Shown: positions 20,122-31,568, counted from the first letter of the stretch. The stretch is 64,000 bases of DNA from an uncultured Pseudomonadota bacterium (GCA_963736005.1 CAVTNB010000003.1:96001-160000); one strand, 5' to 3'. The notes: a model not told the origin generated them from the sequence alone. Numbers and translations are program-made.

Positions 20122-21200
20122 GCCGACACGAGCGAAGTAGCGGCAGCGGGCGTAGCTACCGTGATGCCATCCTCAAGCTGAGCGCGTATTGCGCTCGGCA
20201 AGGATTGCGCGGTGACCCTGAACGTCGTTCTCGCGAGATGCAGGGGGACACCTAAAACGGTCGCCGGTAAGCCAGAGTAGAGCGTTACTTTCCCCGCAGG
20301 ATCGGAGCCCAAGTAGAACTTTGTATCGGCATTCCACATGAGCGAAACGCCAAGCAGTAAGGCGACCGTCACCGCGACAACCGCTGCTGCGAAGGACCGA
20401 CCTCGAGGACGAGCGTCCGTTTTGCTCTCGCTTGGAGCGCCATGTTCGGTCGCATTGCGGGCCAGCAGAACCGTCGCATTATCCACGCTGCCGGCAGCGC
20501 GCGAGAGCGTAAGAATTCTGTCGGTGACCCATTCGGCTGGGTGATCTTTCTGCTGGAGGGCGAGCTGCAGATCCGTGGCGGAGAGCGCACGATAGGCACC
20601 ATCGGTGCAAAAAAGAATCGCATCGTGAGCATGCAGCGTGTAATGAGTGACCTTTGGCTGCATCGACTGCGCCTCGATACCGAGTGCGCGCGTGAGCAGC
20701 GGCTGAACGGGACGATAGCGCGACCGCTGCGGCAATCCACTATTGCTCGTGACAAGCTCAGGGATGATCGATTCGTCAGTCGTGAGCTGCACGAGCTCGC
20801 CGCGCCGGAACAAGTAAGCGCGCGAATCCCCGATATGCGCGATAAACGCTTGGTTGCTCACGATCAGGACAGCAGTGCACGTCGATGCTGCGCCAACGTG
20901 ATCGTCATCGCCGCCACTGGAATGTAAGAGTCGGTCGTTGGCCTGTCCGAATGAAGCGATCAGGACGTCTCGGACATCCGCTCCAGTGAGACTGCGCGGC
21001 GGTATTGCCGCTTGAAGCTCTCGCCGAGTTCCCTCGCGGATGGCCTCAAGCGCGACCGATGCTGCCGATGCACCATGAAGGCGGCCGAATCCGTCCGCGA
21101 TCGCGAGCAGCGTGACATTACGGTGCAGTTGCTCTGCACACCAGGCATCTTCGTTTTGCCGACCAACCTGGCCGACGTCGGTTGTTACCGCGACCTCCAT
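20097..21200 (-). CDS. PP2C-family Ser/Thr protein phosphatase with C-terminal TM segment
   Basis: TDVG...NED, IADG, HIGDSRAY, LTRALG, CTDG, DNAT. Confidence 0.88.
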   Translation of the reverse strand: MEVAVTTDVGQVGRQNEDAWCAEQLHRNVTLLAIADGFGRLHGASAASVALEAIREGTRRELQAAIPPRSLTGADVRDVLIASFGQANDRLLHSSGGDDDHVGAASTCTAVLIVSNQAFIAHIGDSRAYLFRRGELVQLTTDESIIPELVTSNSGLPQRSRYRPVQPLLTRALGIEAQSMQPKVTHYTLHAHDAILFCTDGAYRALSATDLQLALQQKDHPAEWVTDRILTLSRAAGSVDNATVLLARNATEHGAPSESKTDARPRGRSFAAAVVAVTVALLLGVSLMWNADTKFYLGSDPAGKVTLYSGLPATVLGVPLHLARTTFRVTAQSLPSAIRAQLEDGITVATPAAATSLVSAWQSKAQH

Positions 21201-21224
21201 GCAAACCTCACAAGCGCTCGCGGT

Positions 21225-21641
21225 TTATTGTGCCTCGCCCAAAAACCAGATTATATTGGGCCCCACGGCTATCCTGTCACCGGGCTTGAGAACCGTTGGG
21301 CCCTCAATCGCTCTATCGTTGACCAAAGTCCCATTCGTCGAGTGGAGATCTTCGACGAGCGCGCGAGCGCCGTCCACGATCAAACGGGCGTGCTCTTTAC
21401 TCACGGTGACGTCATGGAAAACTATGTGACATTGCGGGCTGCGACCGAGCAGCGCTCCGTCATCGAAGCTTTGGACCTCGCTCTTCTCGCCGGGTCGAGA
21501 AATCTCGAACATGAAGTGGCGCGCGCCCTCTTTGGGCAAGGCGGGCGCAGTGCGCGTGGCGTCGGCGAGCGCCCACATCGCGAGCGCGATGGCGCCAGCC
21601 ACGAGCGCCAGCGATTCCCAGCGCACCGCTAAGACATCCAT
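21225..21641 (-). CDS. Membrane-anchored FHA domain protein
   Basis: LGRS, VSKEHA, DL.STNGT.VN. Confidence 0.9.
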   Translation of the reverse strand: MDVLAVRWESLALVAGAIALAMWALADATRTAPALPKEGARHFMFEISRPGEKSEVQSFDDGALLGRSPQCHIVFHDVTVSKEHARLIVDGARALVEDLHSTNGTLVNDRAIEGPTVLKPGDRIAVGPNIIWFLGEAQ

Positions 21642-21660
21642 GACGAAATTTTCATCCTAT

Positions 21661-21718
21661 GTAGCAGCGGACCTTTGTAGATCCGCTTCACGGCGCACGA
21701 ATAAATTGGTGCGATTAC
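21661..21718. repeat. Degenerate REP pair (A and B-like)
   Basis: GTAGCAGCGGACCTTTGTAGATCCGCT; GCACGAATAAATTGGTGCGATTAC. Confidence 0.6.
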
Positions 21719-23109
21719 CTTTTTCGGAGCAAGGCGTAGAAAAATCCATCGGCTCCCTCGATTCCAGGAATCGTCAAAATGGACTCCCGGATGCGAATGA
21801 ACGTTCCTTCAGGGGCGGTCAACGATAGAGGGACCGCCTGCCAGCTCGAATGCGTTCCCAGAAACTCCTTTATCACCGCTTCATCTTCTCGCGCGTCAGT
21901 CGAACACGTCACGTACAGCAAACGCCCACCCGGTTTGGCATGCGAAGCTGCTTGCGCGAGGATGGCAGCCTGGGTTCGGGCGAGCCGAGCCGGGTCGCTT
22001 GGATCTTTGGCCCAGCGCAAATCTGCGCGCCTGCCAATGGTGCCGATGCCGCTGCATGGTTCATCGACGAGGACCGCGTCAAAACCCAGGGGGTACCCAA
22101 CTTCATACTCTCTTGTTGCGTCTGCTCTTACCACCTCAACATTCTCCACGCCCAGACGCACCATATCTTGCTGCAAGAGCGCAAGCTTGGTTGCGTCGTC
22201 GTCGAGCGCGACAATCCTACCAGCGAGCGGACCTAAAGGTCCGCTGCTACATTTTTGTGCCAGGGCTCCCGTCTTTACGCCGCGGCCAGCGCAGACGTCC
22301 AGCACGCTTTCGCCCGATTGTGGATAGAGGAGCTGCGCGGCGAGTTGGCTCTCTTCACTCTGCATGGTGAGCCTGCCGCTGCCGATCATCCGTTGCAGCA
22401 CGCTCGCGCCGCTGGCGGGAATCGACGCAAGGATAAGGCACTCAGCTATTCCATAGCGGCTCTCGTGCACAACGATGCCAACCCGCCGCAGCGCGTCGCT
22501 CGTTTCACGAACATCCGCGATTTTGACGTTTACCCGGGCTGCACGCCTCGGCGTGCCGTTCATGCCTTGGGTCGCGCGCAATGCATCTACAAATCCAAAG
22601 CGCTCGATAAAGTGCTGGGCGATCCAATTGGGCAATGATGCGTAGTCGGCAAACGCATCAATCGGCCCGTCAGGCGTAGGTAGCGGAGGCGTTTCTCGTC
22701 TCGACGCAACTTTGCGCAGCACAGCGTTCGCGAGCGAAGCTGTCCCCGTATGGCCCAGCCGCCTCGCGAGCTTGACGCTTTCGTCGACCGCACTATGTGC
22801 GGGAATCTTATCTAAGAACAGCAGCTGGTACGCGCCCAAACGCAGCGTCCAGTGCAGCGCAGGCGTCAAGTTGGCCAGCGGCCGCTTCACGACTCGACTC
22901 AAGGACCAATCGAGACTGCGCTGCATCTTGAGCGGCCCGTACACGAGTTGCGTCAGCAAAGCACGGTCTCGCGCAGAGAGTTCGTTTTCGCGCAACGCTG
23001 CATCGAGCGCCGTCTGCCCGCCCCCTGCAAGCAAGACGCGCAGCGCTATCTCGCGTGGACTCCGTCCTTTATCCGTTTCTTTTCGTACGTTTTGCAAACT
23101 CGGCACCAC
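21715..23109 (-). CDS. rsmB: 16S rRNA m5C967 methyltransferase RsmB/Sun
   Basis: NusB-like N-terminus, IPAHSAVDESV, VLDVCAG.G.KT, D.PCSG.G, Y.TCS; contains an in-frame REP. Confidence 0.92.
   Translation of the reverse strand: MVPSLQNVRKETDKGRSPREIALRVLLAGGGQTALDAALRENELSARDRALLTQLVYGPLKMQRSLDWSLSRVVKRPLANLTPALHWTLRLGAYQLLFLDKIPAHSAVDESVKLARRLGHTGTASLANAVLRKVASRRETPPLPTPDGPIDAFADYASLPNWIAQHFIERFGFVDALRATQGMNGTPRRAARVNVKIADVRETSDALRRVGIVVHESRYGIAECLILASIPASGASVLQRMIGSGRLTMQSEESQLAAQLLYPQSGESVLDVCAGRGVKTGALAQKCSSGPLGPLAGRIVALDDDATKLALLQQDMVRLGVENVEVVRADATREYEVGYPLGFDAVLVDEPCSGIGTIGRRADLRWAKDPSDPARLARTQAAILAQAASHAKPGGRLLYVTCSTDAREDEAVIKEFLGTHSSWQAVPLSLTAPEGTFIRIRESILTIPGIEGADGFFYALLRKR
22226..22250 (-). 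repeat. Family A REP inside rsmB, in frame
   Basis: GTAGCAGCGGACCTTTAGGTCCGCT on the coding strand, encoding CSSGPLGPL. Confidence 0.92.
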
Positions 23110-24001
23110 TCATCATAGGTTTGCCTTCAGGAATGACGTTGGTCAAGCAGATGGCGCCCGACGAGGTTGCGATGACTGGACCGAGCTCATTCCAGTCTAC
23201 GACATCACCCGGCGCTGCGTTCTCGGGCCGCGATGACGCGTGCGCCACGACATTGGCTTCCAATACCTTGAGCCGTTTGCCCTCGAACGTCATCCAAGCG
23301 CCTGGTTTGGGGCTTACAGATCGGATTTGGTTCACGACAGCTCGCGCCGGCACGTCGAACCGCAGGCGCAAGTCTTCTTTTGTGATTGGTCGCGTATAGG
23401 TGGCTGCTTCCGCGCGCTGGGGCGTGCGCGGAAGATTGCCTTCGCTCAACCGCTGTGCGGCTTCGCCAAGCAGGTCGCCACCGATACGGGCAAGTTTGTC
23501 GTGGAGCGATCCATAATTGTCGTCCGAGTCAATCTGCACGCTTCTCGAAAGAGCGATGTCACCATCGTCTGTGCCTGCGCCCATCCAAAACACGGTTACA
23601 CCGGTTTGGTCTCGCCCATCCCGCAAGGCTGCCTGAATCGGCGTCGCCCCGCGATATTCTGGTAGAAGGCTTGGGTGAACGTTGAGCGCCCTCAAACCTT
23701 CGATTGCCAAAAGGTTCGTCGGTAAAATCTTTCCGTACGATGCGCAGGCAAGAAGCGTGGGCCGCAATGATGCGATCTGCGCAATAAACTCACCGTCGAG
23801 CCGCCTGGGGAGGAGGAGGACCGCGCTAGCCTCGCGCGTTGCTTTGGCAACCGGCGTTGGGGTCAGGGCGAGTCCGCGGCCCGCAGGTCTGTTCGGCTGC
23901 GAGACAACGGCCACCACCTCTTGCTCTGCGAGCATGCGCTGCAGCGACGGAAGTGAAAAATCGGAGCTCCCAAAAAAAACCGTCCTGAGGCGGCCCGCCA
24001 T
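23069..24001 (-). CDS. fmt: Methionyl-tRNA formyltransferase
   Basis: VFFGS.DFS, V.QP.RPAGRG, NVHPSLLP.YRGATPI. Confidence 0.95.
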   Translation of the reverse strand: MAGRLRTVFFGSSDFSLPSLQRMLAEQEVVAVVSQPNRPAGRGLALTPTPVAKATREASAVLLLPRRLDGEFIAQIASLRPTLLACASYGKILPTNLLAIEGLRALNVHPSLLPEYRGATPIQAALRDGRDQTGVTVFWMGAGTDDGDIALSRSVQIDSDDNYGSLHDKLARIGGDLLGEAAQRLSEGNLPRTPQRAEAATYTRPITKEDLRLRFDVPARAVVNQIRSVSPKPGAWMTFEGKRLKVLEANVVAHASSRPENAAPGDVVDWNELGPVIATSSGAICLTNVIPEGKPMMSGAEFAKRTKRNG

Positions 24002-24002
24002 C

Positions 24003-24536
24003 TCAGATGCTGACTTCTCTGGCGGCCTTTGCTGCTTCTGCGTCGCCGGCTTGCACGGCGACGGCGTCTCGAATGTTCGTTGCCTTGTCGATGATGAGGA
24101 TGCCGTCAAGGTGGTCGACTTCATGTTGGATGCAGCGTGCAAGCATGCCGCTCGCTTCCAAGCGGACCTTCTTGCCATGCCGGTCCAAAGCGGCGATCGC
24201 GCAGCTTGCGGCGCGCGTCACGTCGCCGATCTTTCCGGGAATCGAGAGACAGCCTTCGGGGGCGGTTTCTTCACCCTCGAAATTGGTCAGCATCGGATTC
24301 ACGAAAACGTACTGCTTGTGCTCTTCTTCCTCCCCGACGTCGACGACACAAAGCCGTTTGGAAACGCCTACCTGGGGCGCGGCCAAGCCGATGCCTGGTG
24401 CCGCGTACATCGTCTCGAGCATGTCATCGATGAGTTGCTGGGTGAGAGGCAGCCGCAACTCGAGCGCGGTCATCTTCTTGGCGACCTTGCGCAAGACCGG
24501 ATTTGGCTCGACCAGGATGCGTCGACGATATGCCAT
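24003..24536 (-). CDS. def: Peptide deformylase
   Basis: GIGLAAPQVG, EGCLSIP, QHEVDHLDG. Confidence 0.97.
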   Translation of the reverse strand: MAYRRRILVEPNPVLRKVAKKMTALELRLPLTQQLIDDMLETMYAAPGIGLAAPQVGVSKRLCVVDVGEEEEHKQYVFVNPMLTNFEGEETAPEGCLSIPGKIGDVTRAASCAIAALDRHGKKVRLEASGMLARCIQHEVDHLDGILIIDKATNIRDAVAVQAGDAEAAKAAREVSI

Positions 24537-24541
24537 GCGCG

Positions 24542-25954
<1,413 letters not shown>

Positions 25955-25997
25955 GGGCGCTTGAGGAATTCGCGCCGCGTTCGGGTGATTCCCTGGG

Positions 25998-26870
25998 CTA
26001 CTCGTTCATCGCGCCTGGATGTTCTTCGCTCGCCCAAACCTTTGCTGGGTCTGTTTCAAATGGCCAGACGTGCACCATCCAGTTGTAGATGACGGGGAAG
26101 AATTGTCCGCCGGCCGCTTCACATTGCGTCTGCGTCGTTATCGAACCTGCGAGCCCAAACTGTGGGTTTGGCTGCAGCATTTCTCGCTCCATGCCTTGCG
26201 GGGGCTTACAGAGGTTCACATGCAGGTGCCAGGTGGCCACACCGAGCGGCACCCGGCTGTCCAGTTGATCGAGAGTCGCCGCACGCGGCGCGGTGTACAT
26301 CGCCCCGACCAACTCGTAGCCGCCATCAACCTGCTTGTACATGAGCGAGGTCGGACGGGTGGGATCGAACGAGAATTGGTTCAGGAACGCGTTGCGCATG
26401 TTCGTGAAGTGGTAGATTGCTTGCTTGAACTCCGGATGGAATGGTATATAGCCCGCGGCTTCTGCGGCTTGGTAGTCTTTGTACGGTTCCATTGCTATTT
26501 TCAGAGCAGCGACGATTTGGTTTGCTTTTTCGCGATCTGCGGGGCTGGCCTGGCGCGCTGGCGTCATCTGCATGTGCCCGCCGTGCATGGGCATCGACAT
26601 TGAGTCCATCGATGTGTCGGCGGCTGGGGCGGTCGAGGCGGCGGCTGCGGGCGTTGCCTGCATGCCCGACATGTTCGTCATGGCCACGTCATTGCTAGCG
26701 CCATGGAGCAGCGGACCTTCAGGTCCGCTCTGCATTGCATGCGCCGAGATGCTGCAGTCGTCACCGCAGCCGATTTGGGCTGGAGCCGAATCGTGTGCAA
26801 CGGCGTAGCTTGTGATCGCAGCAGCGAGGGTCAGCGTGACGGCAATGATGGCGGCAGTTGGTAGCTTCAT
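25998..26870 (-). CDS. Hypothetical secreted protein with Met/His-rich linker
   Basis: Signal peptide; MDSMSMPMHGGHM; AEAAGY...DPTRPTSLMY...LVGAMY...WMVHVW; REP remnant at 26705-26729. Confidence 0.75.
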   Translation of the reverse strand: MKLPTAAIIAVTLTLAAAITSYAVAHDSAPAQIGCGDDCSISAHAMQSGPEGPLLHGASNDVAMTNMSGMQATPAAAASTAPAADTSMDSMSMPMHGGHMQMTPARQASPADREKANQIVAALKIAMEPYKDYQAAEAAGYIPFHPEFKQAIYHFTNMRNAFLNQFSFDPTRPTSLMYKQVDGGYELVGAMYTAPRAATLDQLDSRVPLGVATWHLHVNLCKPPQGMEREMLQPNPQFGLAGSITTQTQCEAAGGQFFPVIYNWMVHVWPFETDPAKVWASEEHPGAMNE

Positions 26871-27072
26871 ATATGTATCTCCACGCATAGTATGACGCAA
26901 GTCGAGCTTTTGTGCGCTGTGAAGCAGATAAACATTCGATGAGAACAGGGTGAGAGCGCAAAGCGCGTGAAGGTATGAGGGCTTCTGGGAAATGTCGTCG
27001 CGGCTCTTTAGAGCCGCTACGTATGGTCGCGACGCCCACGCGCGAGGAGCTTCGCGCGGACTACGTGGGAGG

Positions 27073-28218
27073 ATGTCTTTGAACGTTGTCATTCCGAAGG
27101 AGATAACGCCGGGCGAAAACCGCGTCGCCGCCACCCCCGATGTCGTTGGCCGCATGGTCAAAAGCGGCAACCAAGTGTTCGTTCAGCAGGGCGCTGGGCT
27201 CCCCGCTGCCTTCGGGGACGACCAGTACTCCAACGCCGGGGCGACCCTCGTCGACGGAGCACCTTCACTTTTCGCCAAAGCGGGTCTGGTCATCAAAGTG
27301 CAGCGGCCGCAGGATGAGGAGATCTCTCTTTTCCCAGCGGGCAGCGCGTTGATCGCATTCCTCCAGCCGCTTTTTTCTCCCGAACTTGCCGAGAAACTCG
27401 CACAGCAAAACGTTACCGCATTTTCCATGGAGTTGATTCCGCGCATCTCACGAGCGCAGAGCATGGACGCCCTGTCATCACAGGCAACCGTCAGTGGCTA
27501 CAAAGCCGTGCTCCTGGCAGCACAAACGCTTCCTAAGTTCTTCCCCATGCTTATGACCGCCGCAGGAACCATCCCGCCGGCGAAGGTGCTTGTGCTGGGC
27601 GCAGGGGTGGCCGGCTTGCAGGCCATCGCAACGGCGCGGCGCCTTGGAGCGGTCGTGACTGGCTTCGATGTGCGTGCTGCGGTGCGAGAACAGATCGAAA
27701 GCTTAGGAGCGACATTTTTGGGTTCAGCGCCGCACGAAGGCGCGGAGGGCGCGGGCGGCTACGCTAAGGAGCTTTCGCAAGATCAGCAGGCTCGCGATCA
27801 GGAGTTGATCGCTGCAACCGCTGCGGGAATGGACGTGTTGATTACGACCGCCCTCATCCCAGGCAAGCGCGCTCCCCTGCTCATCACCGAGGCAGCCGTG
27901 CGAGGAATGCGACCTGGTTCGGTCATCGTCGACCTCGCCGCGGAGCAGGGGGGCAACACGCAAGGTTGCGAGCCCGGCTCTACGGTTGTGCGCAACGGCG
28001 TGTCGATCATGGCGCCGCTCAACGTCCCAAGCAGCATGCCGCAACACGCGAGCTTCCTCTATGCGCGCAACGTCCTCGCGCTCTTCGATCACCTCGTACG
28101 CAGCGGTGAGCTCAAGGTGGACATGGAGGATGAGATTACCCGCGGTGTCACTGTGACGCGCGACGGCGCGATCGTCAACGAAGCGGTGAAATCGCGTCTT
28201 GCAGGAGCGAGGTCGTAA
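27073..28218 (+). CDS. pntAA: NAD(P) transhydrogenase subunit alpha part 1
   Basis: IPKE..PGENRVAATP, SRAQSMDALSSQA, GAGVAGLQAI, ITTALIPG. Confidence 0.95.
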   Translation: MSLNVVIPKEITPGENRVAATPDVVGRMVKSGNQVFVQQGAGLPAAFGDDQYSNAGATLVDGAPSLFAKAGLVIKVQRPQDEEISLFPAGSALIAFLQPLFSPELAEKLAQQNVTAFSMELIPRISRAQSMDALSSQATVSGYKAVLLAAQTLPKFFPMLMTAAGTIPPAKVLVLGAGVAGLQAIATARRLGAVVTGFDVRAAVREQIESLGATFLGSAPHEGAEGAGGYAKELSQDQQARDQELIAATAAGMDVLITTALIPGKRAPLLITEAAVRGMRPGSVIVDLAAEQGGNTQGCEPGSTVVRNGVSIMAPLNVPSSMPQHASFLYARNVLALFDHLVRSGELKVDMEDEITRGVTVTRDGAIVNEAVKSRLAGARS

Positions 28219-28511
28219 TGCAGCTGCTCTTTAGCGAACTTACCGTCTTCGTCTTGGCCATCTTTGTGGGCTTTGAGGTTATCTCGAAAGTCCCGTCCAT
28301 GTTACACACCCCCCTGATGTCTGCCACCAATGCCATTCACGGCATTGTCGTGGTCGGTGCGATGCTCGTCGCCGGCGCTGCAATTGGTGGCGCGGTTGGC
28401 CACGCGATCGGGCTTGCCGCAATGGTTCTCGCGACCATCAACGTCGTAGGTGGGTTTGCCGTCACCGAACGAATGCTCGAGATGTTCAAAGGGAAGCCGG
28501 GCTCGCGATGA
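28218..28511 (+). CDS. pntAB: NAD(P) transhydrogenase subunit alpha part 2
   Basis: LHTPLMSATNAIHG, NVVGGF.VT.RML.MF. Confidence 0.95.
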   Translation: MQLLFSELTVFVLAIFVGFEVISKVPSMLHTPLMSATNAIHGIVVVGAMLVAGAAIGGAVGHAIGLAAMVLATINVVGGFAVTERMLEMFKGKPGSR

Positions 28512-29908
28512 CGCTGACGCAGGTCATTCTCACCATCGCGTACCTCATTACTGCGATCCTCTTCATTCTGGGGCTCAAGTTCTTGAGCTCGCCGAAATCT
28601 GCTCGTCGCGGCAATATCCTGGCCATGGTTGGTATGCTCATCGCGGTCATTGCGACGGGATTTGATACGCACATTCTTTCCTGGACGGATATCGTCATAG
28701 GGGCAGTCATCGGCGCGCCAATCGGCTTCATTTCTGCTCGACTTGTTAGAATGACGGCGATGCCGCAAATGGTGGCGCTCTTCAATGGTGCCGGTGGCGG
28801 GGCTGCGGCGCTCGTCTCGAGTGGCGAATTTTTACGGCTGCTCAAGAGCGCATCGACGCCTACTTGGGATCTCGTGCTTCCCATCGTGCTCAGTAGCATC
28901 ATTGGTTCGATTAGCTTCTCGGGCAGCATTATCGCGTTTGCCAAGTTGCAAGAGCTCATGACGGGCCGGCCGATTACCTACGTTGGTCAGCAGGTCGTCA
29001 ATGGTGTGGTTTTGCTTGGCATCGTTGGGCTTGCCGGCTTCCTCTTGGCTGGCAACGTTGCTCCGGCGCCCTTCATTGGGCTCGTCGCGGCCGCGCTGCT
29101 GCTGGGAATTTTGAGCGTCCTGCCCATCGGTGGCGCCGACATGCCGGTGGTCATCTCGCTCCTTAACTCGTTCACGGGGCTCGCGGTTGCGATCACCGGG
29201 TTCGCGCTCAATAGCACCGTTCTCATCATTAGCGGTACCTTGGTTGGTGCATCGGGTACCTTCCTCACGATGGCCATGGCAACGGCGATGAATCGCTCGC
29301 TGGGAAACGTCCTTTTTGGGGCTTTCGGCGCGGTGAAGCAGGCCGCCGGAGCTGCGACAGGTACATCAGGTGGCGGCACGGTGCGGTCAGCCTCGGCAGA
29401 CGACGTGGCAACGCTGCTGGCATATTCGCGCAGCGTCATCATCGCGCCGGGGTACGGTATGGCGGTCGCGCAAGCGCAGCACGCCGTGCGTGAATTGGCT
29501 CAAAATCTGGAGAAGCGAGGGGTCGACGTCAAGTTTGCAATTCACCCCGTCGCCGGACGTATGCCGGGCCACATGAACGTCCTGCTCGCCGAAGCCAACG
29601 TTCCGTACGATCAGCTCAAAGAGATGGACGAGATCAATCCGCAGTTCGAGCATGCCGACGTGGCGCTTGTCATCGGCGCCAACGATGTCACCAATCCAGC
29701 GGCACGCAGCGTTGCGAATAGTCCGATCTACGGCATGCCGATTCTCGACGTCGACAAGGCCGCCAACGTCGTCGTACTCAAACGGAGCATGAACCCTGGC
29801 TTTGCGGGCATCGATAACCCGTTGTACGAGAACCCGAAGACGATGATGCTTTTTGGAGACGCAAAGGATTCAGTTTCGAAGCTCGCGTCGGGCGTGGCCG
29901 CCGCCTAG
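28508..29908 (+). CDS. pntB: NAD(P) transhydrogenase subunit beta
   Basis: MTAMPQMVA, IGGADMPVVISLLNS, PGYGMAVAQAQ, HPVAGRMPGHMN, GAND..NPAA. Confidence 0.96.
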   Translation: MTLTQVILTIAYLITAILFILGLKFLSSPKSARRGNILAMVGMLIAVIATGFDTHILSWTDIVIGAVIGAPIGFISARLVRMTAMPQMVALFNGAGGGAAALVSSGEFLRLLKSASTPTWDLVLPIVLSSIIGSISFSGSIIAFAKLQELMTGRPITYVGQQVVNGVVLLGIVGLAGFLLAGNVAPAPFIGLVAAALLLGILSVLPIGGADMPVVISLLNSFTGLAVAITGFALNSTVLIISGTLVGASGTFLTMAMATAMNRSLGNVLFGAFGAVKQAAGAATGTSGGGTVRSASADDVATLLAYSRSVIIAPGYGMAVAQAQHAVRELAQNLEKRGVDVKFAIHPVAGRMPGHMNVLLAEANVPYDQLKEMDEINPQFEHADVALVIGANDVTNPAARSVANSPIYGMPILDVDKAANVVVLKRSMNPGFAGIDNPLYENPKTMMLFGDAKDSVSKLASGVAAA

Positions 29909-30162
29909 ACCCACTCGATAGCACTGTAGGCACGAGCCGGCGGTCCACCCGCTGCATATCCGATTGTAATTGCACGACGTCGGACTTTATACCAATGATA
30001 TCGGATTTTATGACCTTGATGTCTGACTTTACAATCGCCACGTCAGGACTTCAAGACGGACACGTCAGACGTGAGACGTTCAAAGCTCGCCTCGGTTGCC
30101 TCTTTAAATCCAACCAAGAAGTCCCATACTTCAGCGAGCGTTGGCACGTATTCTCCGGTCAC
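29906..30162 (-). CDS. Small heptad-repeat coiled-coil protein, frameshifted near 30046
   Basis: MTGEYVPTLAEVWDFLVGFKEATEASFERLTSDVSVLKS/DVAIVKSDIKVIKSDIIGIKSDVVQLQSDMQRVDRRL; 3' end uncertain. Confidence 0.5.
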
Positions 30163-30225
30163 CCTTTTAAGATCACGCGACTTGCGCGGGAGGTCTAGGC
30201 TAACCTTGTGGAGTTTCGCTACGAA

Positions 30226-30307
30226 CGCGCGAATGAATTCGCGCGACTACATGGGCGAGCGCGAATGAATTCGCCACTACATGGGCGACTTGACAGTCGC
30301 CCGCTAC
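30226..30307 (-). repeat. Tandem mixed REP cluster (C, B, B) just after a stop codon
   Basis: GTAGCGGGCGACTGTCAAGTCGCCC-AT-GTAGTGGCGAATTCATTCGCGC...AT-GTAGTCGCGCGAATTCATTCGCGCG on minus strand. Confidence 0.88.
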
Positions 30308-30308
30308 A

Positions 30309-31410
30309 TTAGGACTTGGGCACTTCGCAGGATTCGAATGCGAAGTCGTAGATCCCGACTCCATACTGCTGCGGAAATAATTTGAGCTCGTGCTTGTTGA
30401 AATGTGCGTTATCCAAGACATCGTAGGCGCGTGGCGCATCGACATGTAACGTACGAAGCACCATTCGCGTCATAGCTTAGGTCCTTGCCTGCATCCTGAT
30501 GGGCAACGGGCTGACCATCTTGGGTCACGTTCACGCGCGCAGCCTTGCCGCTCTCCGGCTTCATTATGACCATGACTTGAATGGCCTGATAATCCATGCT
30601 CAGATAGCCATTATTTCCACCTGAGACCATTGCTTGACCGTCGGCTGACGTGTGCCAATAGCCTTGTAAATACAACTGCCCTGGTTGGTGGTTCGCATGG
30701 GAATCGTCGTAGTTCGTATCGCCCCCATTTGTGTCGTGAAATGCCGGCGCATTGGCGATTACTTGGCCGCGCCACGGGCCGACGAAGATCTCGGGCGTCA
30801 TTGGATAGCACACCGCTCCGGGCTTGGTATAGTTATCTTGCGGCAGCAACGCCATGAGAGCGGGCAGGTGCAGATTTGGGTTTCCCTCCTTGAGAAGCGA
30901 TTGTATCTTTGCTTCTGTATTTTGATAGTTGCCCTCCCCGTGCACAACGTCCACAAGCTGACCGTGCTGGTCAAAGAGGTATTCAGTTGGCCAGGCGTTG
31001 GTACCGTAGCGGTTCCACACGGCATTATTGGGATCGAGGACGACGGGCCAAGTGATACCAAGACGCTTCACCGCGTCGTTAACATTTTGGTTAACACCGG
31101 AGAAGCCAAATTCATTCGTGTGCACGCCGACGATGACAAATCCGTCGTTTTGATAGCGGCTATACCACTCCCGCAGATAGGGCAGCGTGCGCAGACAGTT
31201 AATGCACGTGTACTCCCAAAAATCCACGAGCACAACCTTACCACGCAGACTCTCAGGCGTCAGAGGCTGGCTATTAATCCAGCCAGTGTTGCCGTCAAAA
31301 CTCGACAGTGACGTCGTCTCTGACGCGCCGTAGCCGCTCCTCGTAAGCGTAGCACTGGCGATGATGACCGCAACAAGAACAAGGGTGATTCGTCTGTGAA
31401 AGTGTTGCAT
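30309..31410 (-). CDS. Exported thioredoxin/redoxin (DipZ C-terminal-like), +1 frameshift near 30444
   Basis: WINS.PLT..SLRGKVVLVDFWEYTCINC, IVGVHT.EF, AWPT.YL.D; tail VDAPRAYDVL...GIYDFAFESC in the shifted frame. Confidence 0.82.
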
Positions 31411-31512
31411 TTTCTGTGAGCCTATCTCGAGCGAGTGTCGAGGTCGAGCGCATTTTGACGACCCGGAGCACATTTCGACGGTTCGCTCTTGGTTCCCGGC
31501 TCGCATCACAAC

Positions 31513-31541
31513 AAAAAAGAGCTCCCGAATTTGGGAGCCCT
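31513..31541 (-). terminator. Rho-independent terminator
   Basis: AGGGCTCCC-AAATTC-GGGAGCTCT followed by a T run on minus strand. Confidence 0.75.
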
Positions 31542-31568
31542 CGATGGCGTCGCCGCGCGGTGGTGAAA

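Noticed and set aside
30200..30445. 81-aa ORF containing REP-derived peptides
   Set aside because: It is the wrong frame of the redoxin tail running into intergenic REPs, so it was not counted as an intragenic REP case.
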